In this document: one piece after another, positions 41,304 to 50,598 of the stretch
Layout of the letters: every line of letters begins with the position of its first letter
How positions within the stretch are numbered: the first letter of the stretch is position 1
NCBI GenBank assembly: GCA_002401775.2
Contig: NVUB02000027.1
Span: forward strand, 11,249 to 75,248
Reading direction: 5' to 3'
Length of the DNA: 64,000 nt
Source: Ectothiorhodospiraceae bacterium
GTDB taxonomy: Bacteria > Pseudomonadota > Gammaproteobacteria > SZUA-152
Notes under the pieces: generated by a model
Database searches by the model: none
What the model saw: only the letters and a program-made list of their open reading frames with translations
What the model was told of the DNA's origin: nothing
Position numbers and translations under genes: made by a program

Positions 41304-42728
41304 CTATGAACCGACGACATCTTCAGCATCTAAAGAACGTAGATTATTGAGTTCATCGAACTTGGCCGCCATAGTGGGATTGCGCCGAATCAGCTTCTTG
41401 ATCGTTACATCCTGTGCCTTGTTATTGGCAAGACGTAGGTTTCTGTCTGTACCCAGCAAAGCGTCCTTCGTTTTTTGCAGGTGGTCGATTGACTTATCTA
41501 TCTCATCGATCGCTTTTTGAAACTTCTTGGAGGCAAGATCATAGTTCTTCCCGAATGCGTTCTTAAAATTATCAAGGTCGTCTTCGAAGTTTGTTATGTC
41601 GACGTTCTGTGCTTTTACAAGCGCCAGCTCCTTCTTGTATTCAAGCGACTTCATCGCCGCGTTACGCAGCAGCGTAATGATTGGTAGAAAGAACTGCGGC
41701 CGAACGATGTACATCCTCGGGTAGCGGTGAAACACATCGACGATCCCAGAGTTGTAGAGTTCACTGTCGGGTTCAAGCAGGGACACCAGCACGGCGTACT
41801 CGCACCCTTTCTCTGTGCGATCCTTGTCGAGCTCCTTTAGAAAGTCCTCGTTCTTTTTCTTAGTTGCCGTGGTATCACTTTCGTTCTTCATTTCAAACAT
41901 GATCGAAACAATCTCAGTACCCGCCTCGTCCGAGTCGCGAAAAATAAAGTCGCCCTTACTGCCGGTCGATGCATCATTATCTTTTTCGAAATAGGCCCTC
42001 GGAAACGCGGTTGCTCGAATGCGGTTGAACTCAGTATCGCAGTGCTGTTCAAGGGTTTCGCCAACCATCTTGGTCGAGAGTCGGGCCTTCATGTCCCGGA
42101 GGCGCTCAATCGCATCGTCGCGATCCTTGATCTGTGTCTCGTACTTGTCCTTGAGCGACTTTTCGGCGAGTTGTTTTTCAAGCTCTGCTTGCTTAAGGCC
42201 GCTCTTGAATTCGTCGCGCTCTTTCTCGACCGCACTGACTGCGCCGGTGATCGCGACCTTCTGCTCAACCTGGGTGGCATCGAGCTTAGTTTTTAAATTC
42301 TGGATTTCTTTATCTTTTGTTGCAGCAGTCTCCTGTAGCGCTTTAGCAAACCTCACATCGGCAAGTTCAGAAGCGGCTTGCTTATCGCGCTTCGTCTGTT
42401 CAAGCTCGCTAGCCAAGGCATGCCTCTCTTTTTCGACTTCGCCCAGCGCCTCGGTCACGGCGAGTTTCCTGGTCACTTCACCGGTATCTAATTGAGCTTT
42501 TAACGCTTGAATTTCAGCATCCTTGCTGGCGGCGGCCTTTTGCATTTCACTACCGACTTCGCTCTTGGCAAGTTCTACCGCGTTTAGCTTGTCCTTCTCA
42601 GCGAGTTCAAGCCGCTCGTGCAACTGTTGCTCAAACTCGACGTCGCGAACCTGCTTCAGAATGTCTGCATACCCTGCTTCGTCAACTTTGAAGGCTTTAT
42701 CGCAGTGCGGGCAGGTAATTTCATGCAT
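41304..42728 (-). CDS. DUF2130-like protein: zinc ribbon + long coiled coil + PD-(D/E)xK-like C-terminal domain (RmuC-like architecture)
   Basis: N-terminal CPHCDKAF, then about 200 aa of heptad-rich E/K/A/L sequence. The C-terminal part carries GDFIFRD...IMFEMKNE, resembling a nuclease motif. Confidence 0.8.
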   Translation of the reverse strand: MHEITCPHCDKAFKVDEAGYADILKQVRDVEFEQQLHERLELAEKDKLNAVELAKSEVGSEMQKAAASKDAEIQALKAQLDTGEVTRKLAVTEALGEVEKERHALASELEQTKRDKQAASELADVRFAKALQETAATKDKEIQNLKTKLDATQVEQKVAITGAVSAVEKERDEFKSGLKQAELEKQLAEKSLKDKYETQIKDRDDAIERLRDMKARLSTKMVGETLEQHCDTEFNRIRATAFPRAYFEKDNDASTGSKGDFIFRDSDEAGTEIVSIMFEMKNESDTTATKKKNEDFLKELDKDRTEKGCEYAVLVSLLEPDSELYNSGIVDVFHRYPRMYIVRPQFFLPIITLLRNAAMKSLEYKKELALVKAQNVDITNFEDDLDNFKNAFGKNYDLASKKFQKAIDEIDKSIDHLQKTKDALLGTDRNLRLANNKAQDVTIKKLIRRNPTMAAKFDELNNLRSLDAEDVVGS

Positions 42729-42818
42729 ATCTTATTCTCTCACTTTTGACGAAAATTCGTATTTTCATACCTTGCGTAACTCCGGCGACCCATGCTTATT
42801 TCGCTCCGCTTTCAACAT

Positions 42819-43081
42819 TTACAACGCCCTTACCTCACGCATTATTTTATCGTGAATACTCGGGTGAAATGATTTTTCTGTCGCCATATCAACTTTACGC
42901 TGTACCCGTTTAGAAACCGTATCTAAAAAGCCTCTAAGGCAAAACCAGATCGTCCCTCTTCCAGCTCAACTAACAAATCAAGGTCACTTGATTCATTAGC
43001 CTCATTACGCGCCATTAAGCCGAAAACATGCACATTACGTATACCTTTTTCACGCGTAATGGATAAAATTTTGCGTCTGTT
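42819..43081 (-). pseudogene. MNT-type nucleotidyltransferase, disrupted (no start codon, frameshift in a T-run)
   Basis: The minus strand reads NRRKILSITREKGIRNVHVFGLMARNEANESSDLDLLVELEEGRSGFALEAF* (stop at 42925-42923). In the adjacent frame it continues DTVSKRVQRKVDMATEKSFHPSIHDKIMREVRAL*. The break lies in the run gctttttag. The first codon directly follows the TAA of the upstream wHTH gene in the same frame. Confidence 0.7.
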
Positions 43082-43399
43082 TTATTCAACCAGCGCATCC
43101 ATCTTAGGCATGCCTGTATTATTTTTCGACTGATGGGTTATTTGAAATATTTCGGTAAGCGCATCGAGCATTAAACAATCCGGGTTCACCTCATAAAAAA
43201 CCTGATTACCTATAGACGCTTTACGCAACAAACCCGCTTCAGCAAGCTTGCTCAGCTCCTTATGTAAGGTGCCCGCTACCGTATCCGTCAGACGAGCGAT
43301 TTCACGAACATGATACTGTTGCTCAGGGTGTCGCAGCAATAAATCAAGCACCCGGCGACGGTAGCCTTTAAACAGTAAATCAATTAATGACGTATTCAC
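43082..43399 (-). CDS. winged-helix (ArsR/MarR-like) DNA-binding protein
   Basis: 105 aa. YHVREIARLTDTVAGTLHKELSKLAEAGLLRK is a classic HTH plus wing. GTG start. Confidence 0.7.
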   Translation of the reverse strand: MNTSLIDLLFKGYRRRVLDLLLRHPEQQYHVREIARLTDTVAGTLHKELSKLAEAGLLRKASIGNQVFYEVNPDCLMLDALTEIFQITHQSKNNTGMPKMDALVE

Positions 43400-43413
43400 T
43401 CAATTACTCTCAC

Positions 43414-43436
43414 AGTGAAGCAAATTATGCTTCACT
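43414..43436. promoter_or_regulatory. palindrome just upstream of the wHTH gene (possible auto-operator)
   Basis: agtgaagca aatta tgcttcact lies 15 nt upstream of the GTG at 43399. Confidence 0.3.
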
Positions 43437-43601
43437 TGTAGCCTGTATGGCTACGAAAGTCAATAATCAGAAAGTCACCAATCAATAGTGGAGTGATGTA
43501 TGTCCAATATGCCATAAATAGAATTTATTGGCATTAAGGCTTAACGAATCCTAGGATATGCTAAATATAACATATCGATAAACGGAATTTTAGAATGGGA
43601 A

Positions 43602-43952
43602 ATGATGACAAACCATTTAGTCTGGGTGGGGGACTCACTCGATAAGCTAAAGGAATTTCCCGCTGATGTGTAAGATTATGTCGGGTTTGCTTTACGGTCT
43701 GCCCAGTGCGGTGATAAACACCCAGATGCGAAACCATTAAATAAGGGCACACTTAAAGGTAAAGGCATATGAAATAGTTGAGCCTTATGATGGTGATACA
43801 TATAGAGCGGTTTACACCGTTAAACTTTAAGGCCGTATTTATGCACTGCATTCGTTTAAAAAAAATCACATAAAGGCAAAGCAACACTCCAACCCGATAT
43901 TGATTTAATCGAGAGCCGATTTAAAGACGCAAAAAAATTCACGATGAATTAG
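43602..43952 (+). pseudogene. decayed RelE/HigB (Gp49-like) toxin gene
   Basis: Three frames read piecewise MMTNHLVWVGDSLDKLKEFPADV* / DYVGFALRSAQCGDKHPDAKPLNKGTLKGKGI* / EIVEPYDGDTYRAVYTVKL* / GRIYALHSF.KK.H... There are several stops and frameshifts. The pattern and the position upstream of an XRE antitoxin are typical of Gp49-type toxins. Confidence 0.7.
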
Positions 43953-44021
43953 AAGCTAAAAACGCTAACTTCATCAAACGGTATCTGAAATAATATCGGA
44001 CAACACAAAGAGGCTAATGTT

Positions 44022-44348
44022 ATGTCAAACCTAAATTATACCGTCAGCAGCGGCAATGTTTTTGAAGGCATGGGCCATAATGCTTCTGCTGCAATGAAAA
44101 TAAAAGCCGATGCAGTCATGATCCTATCTAAAACGATTACCGCCAGCGGCATGACACAAACGCAAGCAGCGGCGAAACTGGGCATTGATCAACCGAAGGT
44201 ATCTAAAATCCTTCGCGGCCAATTTAAAAGCCTGTCACTGGATAAAATATTTAGCTATCTCACTGCATTGGATAAAGATATAAACATCACGGTGACTGAA
44301 AAAACAGACGATACTGCACACATGAATATGTATCTTAGCGGAAGCTGA
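44022..44348 (+). CDS. XRE-family HTH antitoxin (HigA-like)
   Basis: MTQTQAAAKLGIDQPKVSKILRGQF HTH, 108 aa, with a strong SD (AAAGAGG). Confidence 0.8.
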   Translation: MSNLNYTVSSGNVFEGMGHNASAAMKIKADAVMILSKTITASGMTQTQAAAKLGIDQPKVSKILRGQFKSLSLDKIFSYLTALDKDINITVTEKTDDTAHMNMYLSGS

Positions 44349-44357
44349 TTTTTTAAA

Positions 44358-45734
44358 TTATCGGTTCGAAGCCTTTCTATATTTTCTAATGGTGAACCGT
44401 GAGGGGCTCAATGCCTGCCAAATAGAATCAGATACCGCTAACGGCTCATCGTTTAGCTGAGTGGCAATCACCTCCGCTGAGAGGAAGGCCGATGTCAAAC
44501 CTCGCGCACCATGCCCTGCATTCACGTACAAGCCTGCAAGATATTTGGCACTGGCATATTTTTCTACAGGCCTACCTTTGTGCAAATCATGATAATTTTC
44601 TGCAAAAAAAACCGCATCAGCGACAGGGCCGACCAAAGGTAACCTGTCTGGCGTTGTCGCACGCACAGCAGCGCGACTATTCACTATTGATATTTCACCT
44701 GATGGCTCACCTGAAAATAAGTCTGGCAGTGCGTTTCGCAACCGGTTGATATTTTCTCTATCATCTTCTAATCGTGTCTCTACACTATCATCTCCCGCGA
44801 TAAAGCTGGCACCAATCACATGCTTGCCATTAGATTCCGGGATAATATAACCATCATGACATATCACACAGGATAACTTCTGGCTGCTTTCGGTTGATGA
44901 AACCACACTTATCTGGCCACGTGCATAATTCAACGGTAAAAAATCAGTTTGTGTAAAGTGACTTGCCGCACTCGCATTCGCAAGGATAACGCTATCTGAT
45001 TGCGCAACGAGTGATTGTTTTTCATCACGCAAGATCCATACACCCTCATCAACCTCAATTGACCCAACATGGCAATTGTTCGTTAGCTGAACGCTATCCC
45101 CCGCCTGCTTTAATAACAACCGACAGAGTTGCACTGGGTCAATCCAACCGGCCTGAGGAAAATACAACGCTTCTTCCTCTATCTTAATACCCGCTATTTC
45201 ACTAGCGGCTTTAGAACTTAGTACCTGCACTTCCTTACAAACAGATTTATGATCTGTTTGTAAATCATAAGACGTACCTTTGAAATGCGCTATTTGTTTT
45301 TTAATTCGCGCAGTACTGCCCAGCTGCAATACACCACCCTGCTGCCAATTAAGTTCAGGGAATTGTTGTTTAAGCTGCTCAAGTTCGCTTAAGGTTTTAA
45401 GGAATGCCGCATCATAAAATACTCCCTCCGCACTATTCCCAATATTAATGCGCGGCAATACGATTCCCTGAGGGTTTCCAGAACCACCTTGGGCAATCGC
45501 TTCGTTGGATTCAATTATCTCAACAGTCCATCCACGTTTAGCCAGCGCACAGGCTGTAGTTATCCCTGCAATGCCTGCGCCAACGACAACAGCATGCCGC
45601 CTATCATTTAGTTGTGGTCTTGCTTTATACGTGGGCAAATCAAACCACGGCGGACGACTTTTACTCTCAGCCTTTTTTGTCGCCCTTTTTGTCGGCTTGT
45701 TTACTTCCTTTTTTATGAGTACACCCCGTAGCAT
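44358..45734 (-). CDS. mnmC: FAD-dependent oxidoreductase corresponding to the C-terminal (oxidase) domain of MnmC; apparently 5'-truncated
   Basis: PPWF linker then VVVGAGIAGITTACALAKRGW and DGYIIP...HVIGASF...GHGARGL, colinear with the remembered E. coli MnmC C-terminal half. The in-frame sequence upstream of the ATG reads SVDKIKGYGNKRE(MLRGV), i.e. the last residues of the methyltransferase domain. Confidence 0.8.
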   Translation of the reverse strand: MLRGVLIKKEVNKPTKRATKKAESKSRPPWFDLPTYKARPQLNDRRHAVVVGAGIAGITTACALAKRGWTVEIIESNEAIAQGGSGNPQGIVLPRINIGNSAEGVFYDAAFLKTLSELEQLKQQFPELNWQQGGVLQLGSTARIKKQIAHFKGTSYDLQTDHKSVCKEVQVLSSKAASEIAGIKIEEEALYFPQAGWIDPVQLCRLLLKQAGDSVQLTNNCHVGSIEVDEGVWILRDEKQSLVAQSDSVILANASAASHFTQTDFLPLNYARGQISVVSSTESSQKLSCVICHDGYIIPESNGKHVIGASFIAGDDSVETRLEDDRENINRLRNALPDLFSGEPSGEISIVNSRAAVRATTPDRLPLVGPVADAVFFAENYHDLHKGRPVEKYASAKYLAGLYVNAGHGARGLTSAFLSAEVIATQLNDEPLAVSDSIWQALSPSRFTIRKYRKASNR

Positions 45735-45781
45735 CTCCCGTTTATTCCCATACCCTTTTATCTTATCAACTGACTGTGAAC

Positions 45782-46321
45782 TCAGGTGGTCTGGGTCACA
45801 ATATGTACCCCGAACAGGTCTTTGTAGACCACAAGGCGAGCACTTTTGGTCTTTCTCAAACTTGAGTACAAACTATAACTTAATGGCAAGACGGCCACCC
45901 TTTCCTTGTGCATTATATCGATAGCTGCTCTAGTGGTAATGGCTAGGTAATTGACCATATTTGCTCTGATGAGATTAAATTCAGTATGCCGCATACCAAT
46001 AATCAAGCATTAGCTTTGTAGCCCCCTTCCCAGAGACTACCACTACTGCCGTAGGTGTGTGGTATAGGACACGTTTCGCCTACCGACATATTGCATCATT
46101 CGGCTAATTCCCTGTTTCTCGTGAGGTATGGCCTAGATGTGGATAAGATTGGAATCAACACCGAGTTGTGAATGTCACAATGGTATCGTTTAGCAACCTC
46201 GTCCAAACACCCGGGGCAAGGTCTGATGTCACTGACCTCAAAGCGCACCGAATCAAAGCTGTGGGCCTCGTTGTACTATGTTGGCTGGCACATCCGCAAG
46301 AAATGTCGAGTTTGCGTGGAA
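45782..46321 (-). pseudogene. decayed Y1 (IS200/RAYT-like, REP-associated) tyrosine transposase
   Basis: Minus-strand fragments in shifting frames read VPANIVQRG / RFEVSDIRPCPGCLDEVAKRYHCDIHNSVLIPI / YVGRRNVSYTTHLRQ*W*SLGRGLQS*CLI / MRHTEFNLIRANMVNY. These are colinear with remembered family motifs (HVxQRG; HAYVLMxNHVHLL; GxLWQGRFKSCLV; RYIELNPVRAxMV). Confidence 0.55.
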
Positions 46322-46631
46322 TACTCTCTATTCTATCGTGATTGTAGCCAAAGCTACCACCAACATAACGCCTCTTTAAAGGGCTCTGACCCCTTTTTAC
46401 CTTTTTACTCGCTTTTTACTCCGCTGACCCCTTTTTAGATGCTTTTTGCACTTTTTACAGGAAATGTACCTCTTTTTTACACCAATTTTTCGGGTTTATT
46501 CATAAAGACAACAAACCTCAACAGACATGTTCTCCCTCGTTTTACATCGCCAATCCAGGCACCATAACCTACACTTAGTGCAGCAATTCGTATCTCCACC
46601 ATTTCTAATAACGCTTACAGGGGAGGACAGC

Positions 46632-47555
46632 ATGAAAAAAATCGCCATCATTGGTGCCGGCCGGGTCGGTGAATCTACTGCACAGATTCTGGCCAAGGAA
46701 GAACTCTGCCGTGAGCTGGTATTGCTGGATATCCATGACGGGCTGCCACAGGGTGTGGCATTGGATATTCAGGAATCAGCTTCGCTTTTGCGTTTTGATA
46801 CGCGTGTAACAGGTGATACAAACCCGGCAGCCATGGCTGATGCGGACATTATTATCGTGACGGCGGGCATCCCACGCAAGCCAGGCATGTCTCGTTCAGA
46901 TGTTCTGGAAACCAACCTTTCCATCATCGATAAAATCGTCAGTGATGCACTTCAATATGCGCCCAACGCCATGATGATTATGGTCACCAATCCTGTGGAC
47001 GTTTTAACCTGGTATGCCTGGCAAAAATCAGGCTGGCCACGCCAGCGGGTATTTGGCCAGTCCGGCGCGCTGGATACCGCGCGCATGACCAGTTTTATTG
47101 CCATGGAAACCGGGTATTCAGTGAAGGATATTTCTGCGCTGGTATTGGGAGGGCATGGAGACGCCATGGTGCCGCTACCACGCTTTACGGATATTGCTGG
47201 CATTCCCATCTCACATTTTTTGAGTGAAGAAAAAATCCAAAAAATTAATCAACGCACCCGTCAGGGCGGTGGTGAAATTCTCGCGCTGAAACAACACTCT
47301 AGCGCCTACGACTCTCCGGCGGCGGCAGTGGCAGAAATGGTAGATGCCATCAGTCACAATCGGCGGCGGATATTACCGTGCGTCAGTGTGCTAGAGGGCG
47401 AATATGGCCAACACGACATCGCCATGGGCGTACCCTCGGTGCTCGATGAATCCGGACTCAGCGACATCATCGAACTGGAATTAACTACCGATGAACTCGC
47501 CGAGTTTCAAGCGTCCGCCAAAATGGTGTCTGCCGATATTGCTACGTTACGTTAG
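46632..47555 (+). CDS. mdh: NAD-dependent malate dehydrogenase (LDH-like MDH family)
   Basis: MKKIAIIGAGRVGESTA Rossmann start after GGGGAGGA, and the ITAGIPRKPGMSRSD and GGHGDAMVP motifs. 307 aa. Confidence 0.92.
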   Translation: MKKIAIIGAGRVGESTAQILAKEELCRELVLLDIHDGLPQGVALDIQESASLLRFDTRVTGDTNPAAMADADIIIVTAGIPRKPGMSRSDVLETNLSIIDKIVSDALQYAPNAMMIMVTNPVDVLTWYAWQKSGWPRQRVFGQSGALDTARMTSFIAMETGYSVKDISALVLGGHGDAMVPLPRFTDIAGIPISHFLSEEKIQKINQRTRQGGGEILALKQHSSAYDSPAAAVAEMVDAISHNRRRILPCVSVLEGEYGQHDIAMGVPSVLDESGLSDIIELELTTDELAEFQASAKMVSADIATLR

Positions 47556-47643
47556 CGGTTTACGTTAGCGGTTTACGTTAGCCATAGCGCTTGTCTTTGC
47601 ATTAGCATTTTCGTTGACGTTTTCGCTGGCATTGACGTTTGAG

Positions 47644-49527
47644 TTATTTTTCCTGCGCCTGTTCTGCCAGTAAATTTACTTGCGACGGATAGTCAAAGGC
47701 CGCTTGCTTCAATTGCACATGCCCCGCTACCAGTGCCTTTTTGGTGCGCGCCATTAACATTTTGTCGCCCGTACGGCTAGCAATCTCCAGGGAGATGCGC
47801 AGCAAGGTAGTGGAGGGTGAGGGCAATGGGCTTTCGTCCAGCACGGGCACACCAAAACCGCTGGGTAGCAGGGTTTGGTCTGACAAACGCCAGCCTGTGT
47901 CGTCATGAAAACGTCGCCAGCCATCCTTTACCCATCGAGCGGCTAACTGTAAATCACTGTTATTATCCGTCAAGACTGACCACGCCAGCAATCCTTCAGC
48001 CGCAAAGGCATAATCCTCGAGCCCTGCCTGCCCCAGCTCACCTTTTTTGCTTCTGGCTTTGGCTCTCAACAAGCGCGAGCCATCCCACAGGGAGTTTACG
48101 ATATAGTCTCGTACACCGTGCGCGGCCCGTTTATATTTCTCGCCACCCGACAACTGCGCACCTTGCACCAGTGCCGTTAACGCCAAACCATTCCAAGCTG
48201 CCAGCCGTTTATCGTCCACGGGTAAGTTACGCCGCCCACGTACTTTTAATAATTTTTCTCGCGCCGATTGATAACGTTTTTGCGCAAGCGATGCCTCTAT
48301 TTTCAATGCGTCCGCCGCCTCACCCAAGGTCATCTGCAAACGCGCAAGATAACCGGCATCAAACAAACTCTGCCCCTCCAGCCCCCAGAGTATTTTCATC
48401 AAGGCATATTCTTCACGCGACAAAATGCCTAACAATGTTTCGGTTTCCCATAAATAATAGCCGCCCTCAACACCGGCAGCATCCACTGCAGAAAAACTGG
48501 CCACCATTGCGCCCGGCGTATTCTGCCCAACCAACGGCCTACGCATTTTCACCAACATAAAATCCAGTGTTTCACGGCCGATGTTTTCGTAATCGACACG
48601 ATTAAAAACCTTGGCTGCCCGCAAATACAAGCCCGATAAGAGTGCATTGTCATACAGCATTTTTTCAAAATGGGGTGTTTGCCAACCAGGGTCCGTGGTG
48701 TAGCGATAAAAACCACCGCCTAAATGGTCGCGCATCCCTTGGCTCGCCATACGATCCAGCGTCAACGTCAAAAAGGCCTTTAATTGGGGAATGGGTTTAC
48801 GCTGATATGCACTGAGCAAACTATCCAGCTGCGGCACCATAGGAAACTTGGTTTGCTCACCGAAACCACCTTCCATTTCATCGCCTAATTGCATCGCCTG
48901 TTGCAAAAAAATCGTTTCATAGCGCCGGGCATCATCAGGCTTGAGCGCCGGGTCTGGCAACGCGGGCTGCCCTTTCATTGCGGCGGCCGCCCTCGCAGCC
49001 GCTTGAGTCAGGTAAGCTGGCGCGGTTTCCCACTGTTGCTGCAACTCCATCAGCAGCGTTAAAAAACGATCTTTCGGTAAATAAGTCAGGCCGACCAGTG
49101 GATTACCATCGGGCGTCAGAAAAACATTCAAAGGCCAACCGGCGGCACCCCGGGTGCGCATGACAAAATCGATAAGATACGCATCCAGCGCTGGGTTCAG
49201 CTCACGGTCCACCTTCACCGAAATAAAGCCCTTATTAAGGATTTTAGCCACCTGCGGGTCGCGGTAGCTCTCGCGTTGCATTACATGGCACCAATGGCAG
49301 GCAAAATAACCAATGGACACAAACAGCAGCTTGTTCTGTTTTTTGGCCTGCTCGAGGACCTCCGCCGACCAATCGTGCCACTCAACCGGGTCATCGCCAT
49401 GCATGGCCAAATAGGGAGAATCATGCCCCGTCAGACGGTTTTCGGCGGCCAGCGGCAGAGTAAGTACCCACAAACACAAGGCAACTCCCATTAAAAAAGG
49501 CACTTTCACAGACATTTTGACGTACAT
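47644..49527 (-). CDS. DUF255 thioredoxin-domain protein (YyaL-like) with signal peptide
   Basis: SPYLAMHGDDPVEWHDW...LFVSIGYFACHWCHVMQRESY motif followed by an alpha/alpha-toroid-like region. Confidence 0.9.
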   Translation of the reverse strand: MYVKMSVKVPFLMGVALCLWVLTLPLAAENRLTGHDSPYLAMHGDDPVEWHDWSAEVLEQAKKQNKLLFVSIGYFACHWCHVMQRESYRDPQVAKILNKGFISVKVDRELNPALDAYLIDFVMRTRGAAGWPLNVFLTPDGNPLVGLTYLPKDRFLTLLMELQQQWETAPAYLTQAAARAAAAMKGQPALPDPALKPDDARRYETIFLQQAMQLGDEMEGGFGEQTKFPMVPQLDSLLSAYQRKPIPQLKAFLTLTLDRMASQGMRDHLGGGFYRYTTDPGWQTPHFEKMLYDNALLSGLYLRAAKVFNRVDYENIGRETLDFMLVKMRRPLVGQNTPGAMVASFSAVDAAGVEGGYYLWETETLLGILSREEYALMKILWGLEGQSLFDAGYLARLQMTLGEAADALKIEASLAQKRYQSAREKLLKVRGRRNLPVDDKRLAAWNGLALTALVQGAQLSGGEKYKRAAHGVRDYIVNSLWDGSRLLRAKARSKKGELGQAGLEDYAFAAEGLLAWSVLTDNNSDLQLAARWVKDGWRRFHDDTGWRLSDQTLLPSGFGVPVLDESPLPSPSTTLLRISLEIASRTGDKMLMARTKKALVAGHVQLKQAAFDYPSQVNLLAEQAQEK

Positions 49528-49950
49528 CTCCCATTGTTTTACTGGCGTTTAAATTACGTTTAACTTATGTTTAAATAACATAACTCAGCAGGTTGGATCA
49601 TCAGACAATGCGTTTGTTACGCCCAATTAAGACTACATTCAGCCTTTTTTGACACCGGTTTGCTGACAATTTCAACCATTCTCAAGCGCTAACGGAACCC
49701 TCAAACGGGTTTCCGCTCAAACATACCAGAACGAGTCTAAATTGACCCCTCAGAGTGGATGTGTTTCTTCGCCACAGAGAGTGCTAGAATCATTCCAGCA
49801 GTGCTGTGCCTCGTCACGGCTAGCCCGACTTGCTAGCGAGCGCTACCGACCAGACTATTATTAACGGTTACTCAATTATTTGTGACAAATAGCCGCTAAT
49901 CAGTCACCTGGCCAGCCAGTCATTTCCAGCAAATAACCTAATTTTGGAGC

Positions 49951-50337
49951 ATGCATATGAGCGCTTTACCCGAATTCAACAACGTCGTCACCGACCAGAT
50001 TAAAGTCATGCCAGCTGCCCACGGCAAGCTCCGTGAACTGATCGATGCCGAAGACGAAATCAACGGCGTACGCATCTTCGTATCCGGCGGCGGTTGTGGC
50101 GGCATGACCTACGGCATGACCTTCTCCGATGCCCCCAGCCACTTTGACAGCATACTCGAACAGGACGGCCTCACTTTATATGTAGACGCCGTCGCCCTCA
50201 GCTTTCTGACCGGCGTGGAAATTGATTTCGTCGAACAAGGCATGGGTGCTAGCTTTGTGTTTAAAAATGCCTTCGCAGCAACCGGCGGCTCCGGCTCCTG
50301 CGGTGCTTGTGGCTCATCTAGCGGTGGCTGCAGTTAA
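49951..50337 (+). CDS. HesB/IscA-family Fe-S carrier-like protein with atypical Gly/Ser/Cys tail
   Basis: RIFVSGGGCGGMTYGMTF and GASFVFKNA core typical of IscA/ErpA. The C-terminus is GGSGSCGACGSSSGGCS instead of the usual CGCG-x-SF. Confidence 0.8.
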   Translation: MHMSALPEFNNVVTDQIKVMPAAHGKLRELIDAEDEINGVRIFVSGGGCGGMTYGMTFSDAPSHFDSILEQDGLTLYVDAVALSFLTGVEIDFVEQGMGASFVFKNAFAATGGSGSCGACGSSSGGCS

Positions 50338-50598
50338 CGTTGGCGATAACCATTCCGCATAACTAACACTCCCCGTCGTGCGAGAATCAATCCTCGCACT
50401 AAAATGCCCCCTCTCCCAAAACTGGGAGTACCCTCGGGGGCATAAAAGGGTCGGGGTGAGGGTTCAAGAAACAACCTCTCTTCTCTCACTCCACACCACA
50501 TTTATTTTTACTACTCACCACGAGCACACCTTTCCCAATAACCTGAAAACAAATGCACACCTCCCTAATCCGCTTCTCCCTATTCCTCATTTCCTAAT

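Noticed and set aside
47547-47640. 13-bp tandem repeat (acgttagcggttt x2.5) and GTTGACGTTTTCG-like iterations after mdh
   Set aside because: It is real but short, and probably trivial slippage in a convergent terminator region. No function can be argued.
49528-49950. 420-bp leader upstream of the IscA-like gene, scanned for a riboswitch or sRNA
   Set aside because: Only small hairpins were seen (for example cggaaccc/gggtttccg). I recognised no known riboswitch consensus, and I cannot support a call without covariance-model searches.
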